Virus record (IMG/VR): IMGVR_UViG_3300001199_000003
Coordinates: 58,537 to 122,536 of that record
Strand: one strand, 5' to 3'
DNA from: a virus
Lineage: Duplodnaviria > Heunggongvirae > Uroviricota > Caudoviricetes
Length of the DNA: 64,000 bases
A program made the translations under genes and the position numbers. Numbering within the stretch: position 1 is the first letter of the stretch; each line of letters opens with the position of its first letter. Positions 56,115-64,000 of this stretch are shown here, one piece after another. Under the pieces are notes generated by a model. The model did not search any database. It was not told the origin of the DNA and was given only the letters and a program-made list of their open reading frames with translations.

Positions 56115-57072
56115 CCTTGGCTGGGGGCAGTCAGTAGCAGTTAGAGAAGCTTTTGTAAAATTTTGCAAAAGCTCTACTGTCATCACACCACAGACGTTGA
56201 TGAAATACGACTATACTGGACATGAAGGCGAAAGAGCCCTAATTAGCATTACCGCCGATGTAATCATGAAAACGCTTGGACTATCTTACAAGCACATCTT
56301 CATCACTTCGGGGGCTACGGGCGGCTGCGTAATAGCAATGAGGGCTTATCGACAGTCAGGCTATTCTCACTGTCTTACTCGTCAAGCTCCATATTACGTT
56401 CGGTATCCTAAGATGATTGAAGCTTCCGGTCTGATCCATACTACGAATCATCTTAAAGAACGCCTAAACAGTGTAGCATTAGTAGATCTTCCTTCAAATC
56501 CTTTAGGATCTATGAAATCTCCAGTCGTTCTTGGAATACCGGTTATCTTGGACGCAGTTTACTTAAATCAAGTCTATATGCTTCCAGAACAGGTTAAGTG
56601 TATTCCACACGATGTTCTGGTAGGAAGCTACTCTAAATTGCTGGGAATTAACGGCATTAGACTGGGCTACATAGCTACAAATGAAGACTTATTAGCATCT
56701 AAAATATCGGAACTAATTACTTCCGAATATTGTGGGCTTTCAATGTCATCCCAGGACATTTTAATTGATCAGCTTCCTAATTTTGCCTGGGAAAGCTTCT
56801 TTCCTTATGCTCGCTTCAAGCTAGATATGAACCGTGAGCAATTCCAGAAGATCGAGAAGTTTTTCGGGGATACTCCCGTGAACCCTATTGGGATGTTCTA
56901 CTATGGGCCAACAGATCAAAAGACGAGGGAATTGTTAGAGAAATCTAATGTTCAATTTACGCCTGGATCGGCAATGGGAACTAGCGATGAGTTTGGACGC
57001 TTTAACTTGGGCCAAGATAATAGGTTGGTTGAAGAAGCCGTTAAGGCGATTTTGAAGGCAGATAAGATATGA
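56107..57072 (+). CDS. PLP-dependent aminotransferase (class I/II-like)
   Basis: VGSYSKLLGINGIRLGYIA matches the SxSKxxGxxGxRxGY Lys-PLP motif. Upstream TSGATGG. 321 aa, which is short for the family. Confidence 0.5.
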   Translation: MYNLGWGQSVAVREAFVKFCKSSTVITPQTLMKYDYTGHEGERALISITADVIMKTLGLSYKHIFITSGATGGCVIAMRAYRQSGYSHCLTRQAPYYVRYPKMIEASGLIHTTNHLKERLNSVALVDLPSNPLGSMKSPVVLGIPVILDAVYLNQVYMLPEQVKCIPHDVLVGSYSKLLGINGIRLGYIATNEDLLASKISELITSEYCGLSMSSQDILIDQLPNFAWESFFPYARFKLDMNREQFQKIEKFFGDTPVNPIGMFYYGPTDQKTRELLEKSNVQFTPGSAMGTSDEFGRFNLGQDNRLVEEAVKAILKADKI

Positions 57073-57350
57073 TCAAAGTAGGAGACAGAGTAACCGTTAT
57101 AAGCTATAATTGGCCAGGAACAGTAGAAGAAATAGACTATAAAGAAGGCACCGCCTGTGTTGATATGGATAAACCTGAAGAATTTGCGGTAAAAAAATTA
57201 AACATGACTATAGATGAACTTAGAAGAGCGTTATCTTCAGGCAAAAAACCTGTCGTTAAGATGATGCACATGGACATATCTGATTTAAGAAAAATCTCTG
57301 GATCTCCTGAAGCGGATTGGAAAGATATATGGGATGAATCAGCTATTTGA
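57069..57350 (+). CDS. hypothetical protein
   Basis: Track ORF. Last plus-strand gene before the strand switch. Confidence 0.4.
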   Translation: MIKVGDRVTVISYNWPGTVEEIDYKEGTACVDMDKPEEFAVKKLNMTIDELRRALSSGKKPVVKMMHMDISDLRKISGSPEADWKDIWDESAI

Positions 57351-57354
57351 AGTA

Positions 57355-57379
57355 GAAACAGTCGTTTTTCGACAGTTTC
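57355..57379. terminator. bidirectional hairpin between convergent genes
   Basis: GAAACAGTCG-TTTTT-CGACAGTTTC near-perfect inverted repeat between the 57350 plus-strand stop and the 57388 minus-strand stop. Confidence 0.45.
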
Positions 57380-57387
57380 TGGCGCAA

Positions 57388-58374
57388 TTATTTAAGTTTT
57401 GTTTGTTGAGCAATTTTCTTTAAAGCATCTGGAATATAAGCCGAAACCCTACCATTCCCAATACCCTTACTTGATCCATCTTCTTCTTGAGAAAAGAAAG
57501 CGTGCATACATTCTGGAAGACCTTCAGGCTCTTGACCGAACATAGCATCGAATAGTTCATTTTCGTGAGTTGAGATCTTATCATTAATGAACTTCATAGG
57601 CTTACGAATCCACCATTTATTGCCGAATACCTGAGCGTGGACATAAAGGGCTTTCATGCTCATATCCCGAACGTACCAAAGGCCATTATCTTTCAGGTAA
57701 AGCGTTGGTGCGAAAGCCCAAAGCCATCCACCCATGATCATCCAGTGAGCCCAGAACGCAGCTTTATAGCCGATTCCTAGGTGATATCCGGTAGCCAATA
57801 AACAAGAGTTTGTGTAGAATTGTGGACCCAGAGAAGGCTGGCCAGCTTTAAGGAAATCTGAGTCAGGACAGTAATTTACGCCAAAATTATTACATCGGTT
57901 TGAAACGTCACCTTGGTTAATATCATCGTAAGATCTAGTACCGAGGTGTTTGAAGTAATTCTTAATAGCCTTTCGGATATCATCATCTTTGGCTTTATAG
58001 AACAGATTAGCGAACGCGAAACTGATCACTACGTCCCCAGAGACCTTTTTACGGTTCATAGCACCGTTTTCAGCACGGCGACGTAAGAAGTTACCTTCAC
58101 TGTCTAAAAGCTGCGAATATCCCTCTTCTTTGATGAAATTAAACATCGTAAAAGCGCCATGGTCGTCGTTATTATCCAGGAAAATACCTTCATTTCTGGT
58201 GGCTAAACCTAGAGCTACTGGGATCTCTGCGTGCTGAGGAGCTTCTTTTAAATCATCGCTTTTGAAAATAGCTATCCGCCAGTAGAGAACTACCAGCGGA
58301 TATAGAGCATAAACTAAAAATTGAATAGGTAATCCGACGAAAAGAAACAATAGCCATCGAACCATAGCTTTCAT
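57388..58374 (-). CDS. hypothetical protein (N-terminal hydrophobic segment)
   Basis: Track ORF. Last gene of the minus-strand operon. Confidence 0.5.
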   Translation of the reverse strand: MKAMVRWLLFLFVGLPIQFLVYALYPLVVLYWRIAIFKSDDLKEAPQHAEIPVALGLATRNEGIFLDNNDDHGAFTMFNFIKEEGYSQLLDSEGNFLRRRAENGAMNRKKVSGDVVISFAFANLFYKAKDDDIRKAIKNYFKHLGTRSYDDINQGDVSNRCNNFGVNYCPDSDFLKAGQPSLGPQFYTNSCLLATGYHLGIGYKAAFWAHWMIMGGWLWAFAPTLYLKDNGLWYVRDMSMKALYVHAQVFGNKWWIRKPMKFINDKISTHENELFDAMFGQEPEGLPECMHAFFSQEEDGSSKGIGNGRVSAYIPDALKKIAQQTKLK

Positions 58375-58377
58375 GGC

Positions 58378-60693
58378 TTATTTACCGATTTTCTTGACTG
58401 TTAACTGTCTTAAAGTGTTAGTTCCTGTGTTAGCTGCCACAGACCAATAGGTGTCTATTTTATGAGAGCCTTTTGGTAAATATACAGGGACAGAAAAAGA
58501 GATTGGCACTTCTAATCCAGAAGATGGAGCGTTCATTCTATTAATTGTTTGAACTTGTTGCCCGTTTACGAAAGGAGCAATGGTCACAGCAACACCTGTA
58601 GTTGAGTTAAGGATCGCTCCATAAAAATTAATCTCTACCCATTCACCCTCAGACTCATAAGTCAAACTCATATCAGGCATAGGAACAAATGTGGTTGAAG
58701 TTGTAGTAGGATTTGAAGTAACGCCTACAGCTAATTTTATTTTAGCTTTATCTGATTGCTCAATTAAAGTTTCTCTAAGATCTCCGATAGCACAAGACCC
58801 AATAGGTAAATTATTTTGTACTGCAAGCTCGTCATATTTAGGAAAATAAACAGGAGTAATTATATCTAAAGCAGCGATTACAAAATTTGTACCAGCACCA
58901 TGAGTGAATCTAACAGTATGCTTACCAAGTGGAAGTCCAGTTAACGCCATTACGCCTTGGCCAAGAGCTGTGGCTCCGTTTAAGTTAAGGACGCCAGTTG
59001 AAGGAGTGAAAACAATAGCATTATCTCTAGTGGCTACTGCTGGGCCAGATCCAGTTGCTCCGCCTCCATTATGGGAGATGGTGAAATTAGCCGTACTTAA
59101 GGCTACGCCATCTATCAAAATAGAAGAACTTGTGGCTAAGTTTGTATCTCTGTAAGTACGCATGTTGAAACCAGTTCCGAAGAACGTAAATTCTGCGTAA
59201 GCACCTGCGGTTTGAGTAGTAACTGCGTTACCGGTAGAAACAGCTGTAGGGCTTTGACTGACTGACAGCCAAGTATTAACTAGGAGAGTTTCTTTAGATG
59301 AAGCTTTTTGTAGTACCCCCTGAGACATAGAATCGGTACTAAAAGCTGACATATAGCTATAGTCAGCCATTAAAAAATATTCACCAATTTCAACTGCGTT
59401 TGCAGGTAAAGCCGGTTTTTTAGGTTGATAGACGTTGAAACCAGCAACAAAAAGACCTACGCCAACCGCAGTTGTTCTTGTGATTTTAACCGTATGGGTT
59501 CCGTAAGGAAGTCCAGACACAATTTTAACGGTATTGTTTAATCCAGTTCCGAAATAAGAACTAAGACCAGTCCCAATAGATATACCGTCAACAGCAATAC
59601 TGAAAGTATCTGTAACGGCAGCTCCTCGGACGTTTATAATATCTAGACCAGTACCTACAAACGTAATGGTAAAAAAATCACTGGCAGCGTTAAGTCCAAA
59701 TCCCTCTACGGCAGTAATAAAACTAGCAGTTACCGATGTAGCAGATAAACTAGTAGTTCCATCGTTAAGAGTAAAAGCTCTTGCTGAAGGTGTGCTAGAT
59801 AAAGAAACAAAATCATCTGCGCGGTTAACCCCAAATTCACGGAAGCTGTACGTGCGAACCAAATCCTCATTCGCGTGATCAGCAGAACCTAAATTAGACT
59901 GTGAAGCAGCGGCTGGACTAATAGCCTTGCCGACAGTTCCGTCTGGTTTAAAATAAAGTAAAACTCGTCCACCAGTAGTACCAAGAGTTCCAGATTCAAA
60001 GCCAGAATTATAGGCAGAAGAAACAGCAGAGTTTAAGTTAAATTTTTGACCGTTTTTAAGCAACGATCCAGGTCTAATATTTAGCGTTGACGATTCATTA
60101 AGAACTTCAAACCCATATAAATTGAGATCTTTTGAGACAGTATTGTTGCGAATTCTAACTGTGTGTAATCCTAAAGATAGTCCAGAAACAATAGGCAGAA
60201 CAGTATTAGCGTTGTAGTTTCTAGAAACCAATAACCCAGAATAAGAGGCTGAAGCTAGGTTAGCCGTCTCAGCTCCACCGTCAATAGAAGCCACAATGTT
60301 ATGGGTAGCTGCGTTTAATATCAAATTAAGATTTAATCCAGTACCGTAAAAGGTAATTTCTATAAAATCTGTAATATTTAATCCAGAATTTACCCTAGAT
60401 CCAGCCGCATCATTAGCTGAATACCATGATCCAGCTAAACGAATCTGACCATAAAGATCTCCAACAATCCCAAAAACAGGCTGGCCAGTTGAAGTGGTTT
60501 CGTTCTGAATTTGATATAATCTTTGGCATGGAATACGTTCAACGCCAAATCTCATACTAATATCATTGGCCAAATCATTGATCTGGGCGCGATTTACGAT
60601 AGTCGTATTCGGAACAGAAATTTTGGACACAGAAAGTTTTTGGCCAGAAATCTTGCCGAATTGCTCTTGTACCGCAAAGCTTGTACGTGACAT
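58378..60693 (-). CDS. large virion structural protein, paralog B (tail fibre/receptor-binding-like)
   Basis: 771 aa. Shares multiple blocks with 61153..63738 (NTTIVNRAQ, FGxxRADDF...RAFTL, IVSGLPYGTHTV, YQPKKPA). Rich in Gly/Thr/Asn/Ser. Confidence 0.5.
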   Translation of the reverse strand: MSRTSFAVQEQFGKISGQKLSVSKISVPNTTIVNRAQINDLANDISMRFGVERIPCQRLYQIQNETTSTGQPVFGIVGDLYGQIRLAGSWYSANDAAGSRVNSGLNITDFIEITFYGTGLNLNLILNAATHNIVASIDGGAETANLASASYSGLLVSRNYNANTVLPIVSGLSLGLHTVRIRNNTVSKDLNLYGFEVLNESSTLNIRPGSLLKNGQKFNLNSAVSSAYNSGFESGTLGTTGGRVLLYFKPDGTVGKAISPAAASQSNLGSADHANEDLVRTYSFREFGVNRADDFVSLSSTPSARAFTLNDGTTSLSATSVTASFITAVEGFGLNAASDFFTITFVGTGLDIINVRGAAVTDTFSIAVDGISIGTGLSSYFGTGLNNTVKIVSGLPYGTHTVKITRTTAVGVGLFVAGFNVYQPKKPALPANAVEIGEYFLMADYSYMSAFSTDSMSQGVLQKASSKETLLVNTWLSVSQSPTAVSTGNAVTTQTAGAYAEFTFFGTGFNMRTYRDTNLATSSSILIDGVALSTANFTISHNGGGATGSGPAVATRDNAIVFTPSTGVLNLNGATALGQGVMALTGLPLGKHTVRFTHGAGTNFVIAALDIITPVYFPKYDELAVQNNLPIGSCAIGDLRETLIEQSDKAKIKLAVGVTSNPTTTSTTFVPMPDMSLTYESEGEWVEINFYGAILNSTTGVAVTIAPFVNGQQVQTINRMNAPSSGLEVPISFSVPVYLPKGSHKIDTYWSVAANTGTNTLRQLTVKKIGK

Positions 60694-60704
60694 ATTTTAA
60701 TCCC

Positions 60705-61142
60705 TTATGGTTTTACTGGAAATTCAAATTCTTCTGGAACCAAATTTTCGCAAAGTAGTTTAGCATCGCCATTTACTTTTTTGTATTCATCCGTACACTC
60801 GCGAAGAGCCTTACGGTAAGCTCTTAGAGCAGTAGCCGATTGGCCATCGTCTTCTAAAGCATTAATCTCGTGATCAGCTTCAAGCAAAAGAGGTTCCCTT
60901 AAAGCTCTAACTTCATCAAGATTAGCGTTTGCAAAAGCTTGACGAGCAGCCAGTATCTTATCTGGATCATCTACAATAGCTTGGCCATCCCAAGATAATC
61001 TATCTAGTTCTTTATCTTCTGGGTTAAGCTCAGAAGATAGTCCTAGAATTTCTATACCAGGAAATGATGCAATTAACCCGCCGCTAGTAGCTAGTACCAT
61101 GTGCATTAATTTACCTGACTGATCTTTAACTAAATATTTCAT
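60705..61142 (-). CDS. hypothetical acidic protein
   Basis: Track ORF between the two paralogs. Confidence 0.45.
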   Translation of the reverse strand: MKYLVKDQSGKLMHMVLATSGGLIASFPGIEILGLSSELNPEDKELDRLSWDGQAIVDDPDKILAARQAFANANLDEVRALREPLLLEADHEINALEDDGQSATALRAYRKALRECTDEYKKVNGDAKLLCENLVPEEFEFPVKP

Positions 61143-61152
61143 ATTTTTATCC

Positions 61153-63738
61153 TTATTCGTCCACTAATTCGCCAAAAAATACTGCGCAAAAATTAGTAGT
61201 AACTTGGGTTCCAGTAGATCCAGAAGTAAAGAGTGAGCACCAAGCGTTAGAACTTGCGTTAGCAACTAATGGGGTTCTATCCATTTCCATTTGAGTAGCT
61301 TCGCCTAATGCGGCAATAACATAGTTGTCTGCTTTGAACGGTTTTTCAAAATAAACAGTATATCTTCCAGTAGCGGCAACTAAAACTGCAGAAATATTAA
61401 AAGAACTAACGATCCGTTGATTAACGCCGTCAAAATAAACCCACGCTTTTGCTTTACCAAGATCCGGCGTATTGTTTACGGTAGATTTCTCTGGAGAAAG
61501 CTGACGATTGCTTTGAACGCTATTGTTTACTTTGAAAGACGGATGAATAACGTGAATCGGAGTTATAATATCTAAAGTAGTCTCAAGGACAGTTGCAGCA
61601 GCGTCGCCTTTAGTCATTCTTAGGACATATTTATTCAAAGGAAGATTGTAAACTGAGATACCGCCAAGACCGACGGAACTACCAGCTTGCATATCCATTA
61701 CACCAGTTCCCAAGTTCATTGAAACACCGTTACCAGTATTTGCAGTGAGAGCGGTTGGGAAGTTAGCAGTAGTTAGGGCTACTCCGTTAAGAGTCATATT
61801 TACTACTGCAGCTCTAGCTGTTTGCTCAATAAATCTGTGGTCAAATCCAGTACCCCAGAAAGTGTATTCAATATAATTACCGTTAGCTTGAGTGGAAGCT
61901 TCGCCGAATCCAGAAGGAAAATTGGAGTTAGCACCTGTAGTGAACGTACCAACGTAGCTCAATTCTCTCATATTAGTATGACGAATTACGCCGGTAGAAA
62001 TCGTGCTAGAAGGGTTGGTTCCTGCAGAAGTATTTGGAACAAAAGTAGCTACTAAATTATAATCGGCAACTTCTATTGCCCCACTTGGAATAGCTGGCTT
62101 CTTAGGTTGATAAATAACAAAATCAAGCAAATGTAATGTCCACACGTTTGCAGTGTTACGAGTAATTCGCACAGTGTGTGTTCCGTAAGGTAATCCTGAA
62201 ACGATTTTTTTAAGTTTAGGAACAGAAACATCTGCTGCAACTACAGTCGTATCCCAGTTGCCAGCAGAAACGCCATCAACTACAGTAGTGTAAGCGCTTG
62301 CAGATCCGTTAGTACCAGCAGCGTCACCGTACCACCAAACATCAAGGCCAGTACCAACGAAGGTAATTGCGACAATACTAGTCGTATTGTTGAGCAATCT
62401 GATTGCATCACCAGGAGCCGTTACAGCAGTAGCATTTAAGGTTGTACAGTTATCTTCCAGAGTGAAAGCTCTATCTGAAGAGACTCCAGCTAAAGTTTGG
62501 AAATCATCTGCTCTACCGTTTCCGAATTCACGGAAATTAAGCTTACGAAGAGGTTCTTCGTTGGTATGATCAGCAGAAGTATAATACGCAACTGCGCCAT
62601 TGACTTCCTGAACAGCTTGAGAAATTGCTCCATCATTAATGTATTTTACAATACGAGCACCACGAACCCCTGCAACACCAGCAGAAAAAGATGAAGATGA
62701 AATCGCAGATAGAATTTCACGCTCAGCACCGGCATAAGCCGTACCTGGAAGAATCGCAAGGGTTGTTCTGTTATTAAAAATTTCAAACCCGTAAATGAAT
62801 GTCGAAGATGTCACTACTCGAATTTTAACTGTATGCCATCCAAGAGTAAGACCTGAAGCAACTGTTAATTGTTGATTAAGATTGTATCCACGGTTATTCA
62901 AATTGGAAGCTACTGTTTGAGTGTAAAGGTTTGATCCTTCAGCGCCCCCATCAATGGAAGCACGAAGATCCTTACCGGTAGACGCAGCTTCAATTAAAAG
63001 ATTAAGATCTGTTCCGTAGAAAACTACTTCAACGAAAGCGCCTGCGGTAGACGAAGAGGCATTAACACCTTCTCCAGAGCCAGTGGGAAAGGCGTTTAAT
63101 TGCCAAACACCAGCAAATCGAATACGAGAGTCTTTAGATTGAATCTCATAAACTTGTTCACCAGTTGGGCCAGACTCTGATTGAAGCAAACTAAGCGCTC
63201 TAACCATAATTTTCTCATGGCCCGCGATAGACTTTAGAGTAGCAGAGTCATCTAATACTTGAGCACGATTTACGATGGTTGTATTGGCAGCTGCAATATA
63301 GGCAGGAGCAATAAAATTACTAAAACCAGCTTTAGCCATTAAATTTGGCTGAGCAACGTCAGTATTTAACGTAGCCTGAACTGTTGCTGGAGATGGGAAG
63401 TTCTGGATAGAAACTCCGACTCTTTGAGCAAAAATATTCAAACCTGCAGCCAAAGGAGCAGATAGTTGAACTTGAGAAGATTGACCGTTAACTGCACCGA
63501 TATAAGTATAGTCGTTACCAGCACCTTCGCTAAGAAGTTTACCGTCAACAAACAACTGAACTTGCTTTTTAGCTGTGTCAGTTTGCTCTACGGCAAAGCT
63601 CAAGTTGATAGTCGTTTGACCGGCAGTAGACTCTACTGGGCCGTAAGACTGACCAACGATTGGGCCCAGCTGACGAACGTCACGATTAGTGCGCTGTTTC
63701 AGCTCTAAAAATGCGTTACCTTGTTCGATATTAGCCAT
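61153..63738 (-). CDS. large virion structural protein, paralog A
   Basis: 861 aa. Paralogous to 58378..60693. Confidence 0.5.
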   Translation of the reverse strand: MANIEQGNAFLELKQRTNRDVRQLGPIVGQSYGPVESTAGQTTINLSFAVEQTDTAKKQVQLFVDGKLLSEGAGNDYTYIGAVNGQSSQVQLSAPLAAGLNIFAQRVGVSIQNFPSPATVQATLNTDVAQPNLMAKAGFSNFIAPAYIAAANTTIVNRAQVLDDSATLKSIAGHEKIMVRALSLLQSESGPTGEQVYEIQSKDSRIRFAGVWQLNAFPTGSGEGVNASSSTAGAFVEVVFYGTDLNLLIEAASTGKDLRASIDGGAEGSNLYTQTVASNLNNRGYNLNQQLTVASGLTLGWHTVKIRVVTSSTFIYGFEIFNNRTTLAILPGTAYAGAEREILSAISSSSFSAGVAGVRGARIVKYINDGAISQAVQEVNGAVAYYTSADHTNEEPLRKLNFREFGNGRADDFQTLAGVSSDRAFTLEDNCTTLNATAVTAPGDAIRLLNNTTSIVAITFVGTGLDVWWYGDAAGTNGSASAYTTVVDGVSAGNWDTTVVAADVSVPKLKKIVSGLPYGTHTVRITRNTANVWTLHLLDFVIYQPKKPAIPSGAIEVADYNLVATFVPNTSAGTNPSSTISTGVIRHTNMRELSYVGTFTTGANSNFPSGFGEASTQANGNYIEYTFWGTGFDHRFIEQTARAAVVNMTLNGVALTTANFPTALTANTGNGVSMNLGTGVMDMQAGSSVGLGGISVYNLPLNKYVLRMTKGDAAATVLETTLDIITPIHVIHPSFKVNNSVQSNRQLSPEKSTVNNTPDLGKAKAWVYFDGVNQRIVSSFNISAVLVAATGRYTVYFEKPFKADNYVIAALGEATQMEMDRTPLVANASSNAWCSLFTSGSTGTQVTTNFCAVFFGELVDE

Positions 63739-63749
63739 ATATTAATTCC

Positions 63750-64000
63750 TTAAATTGTAACCGCGATAGCTGTAATTTCTAAATAGAAGTTAGCCGCAAC
63801 ACCTGTTCTCGAACCCGTAGCGCCGTTATGTGGCCTTAGTACGTCTCCTGCTCTCAAATAGGCAGTCATCGTTGGCGTACTGCTGGAGTTACCAGCTGCA
63901 AATAATTGCATACCTTTTCTGACTGCAGGATCTGTTTGAGAATCCAACGCTGTTCCTATCTGGGTTGAATTCACAGAAAAACCGCAATATTGTGCGTTAA
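63750..64000 (-). CDS. hypothetical protein, 5' end outside window
   Basis: Minus-strand ORF running to the window edge. Confidence 0.4.
   Translation of the reverse strand, partial: NAQYCGFSVNSTQIGTALDSQTDPAVRKGMQLFAAGNSSSTPTMTAYLRAGDVLRPHNGATGSRTGVAANFYLEITAIAVTI

Noticed and set aside
1-64000. CRISPR arrays, rRNA, integrase/attachment sites, IS elements
   Set aside because: No direct-repeat/spacer periodicity, no rRNA-like conserved stretches, and no integrase or transposase motifs were seen. The only mobile-type gene is the HNH-AP2 endonuclease.

Overview
This 64 kb window reads as a contiguous piece of a large tailed-phage genome. GC is about 43%, genes are densely packed, and neighbouring ORFs often overlap with ATGA or start-stop junctions.

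Layout:
- nt 1-57350 is almost entirely plus-strand.
- nt 57388-64000 is a convergent minus-strand operon of very large paralogous virion proteins.
- A bidirectional hairpin terminator sits at the strand switch.

Content from left to right:
- Morphogenesis genes: a portal-like protein, a Gln/Glu-rich scaffold-like protein and a Mu-F-like head protein.
- A long DNA metabolism module: SF2 helicase, sigma-70-like factor, SbcD/Mre11-like, SbcC/Rad50-like, RuvC-like, endonuclease VII, RNase H, C5 DNA methyltransferase, DEDD exonuclease, NADAR, DnaE, gp32-like SSB, UvsX/RecA-like, DnaB-like helicase, a possible AEP primase and an AAA+ ATPase.
- Unusual envelope and proteolysis genes: a signal-peptide ClpP-class protease, a second ClpP-like protein, a flotillin/SPFH protein and a lipoprotein subtilase.
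- An RNA island at about 43.7-45.25 kb: a tmRNA gene, then about 650 nt of highly structured non-coding RNA with repeated GNRA hairpins and tRNA-like T-arm/CCA modules, closed by a strong intrinsic terminator.
- An accessory region (45.3-57.3 kb) of small genes. These include a minimal site-2 protease, a SpoT-like HD hydrolase, a 2OG oxygenase, tandem DnaJ-type zinc-finger paralogs, a spanin-like pair, an HNH-AP2 homing endonuclease and an aminotransferase.

All functional calls rest on motifs I could read by eye. No database search or alignment tool was run.
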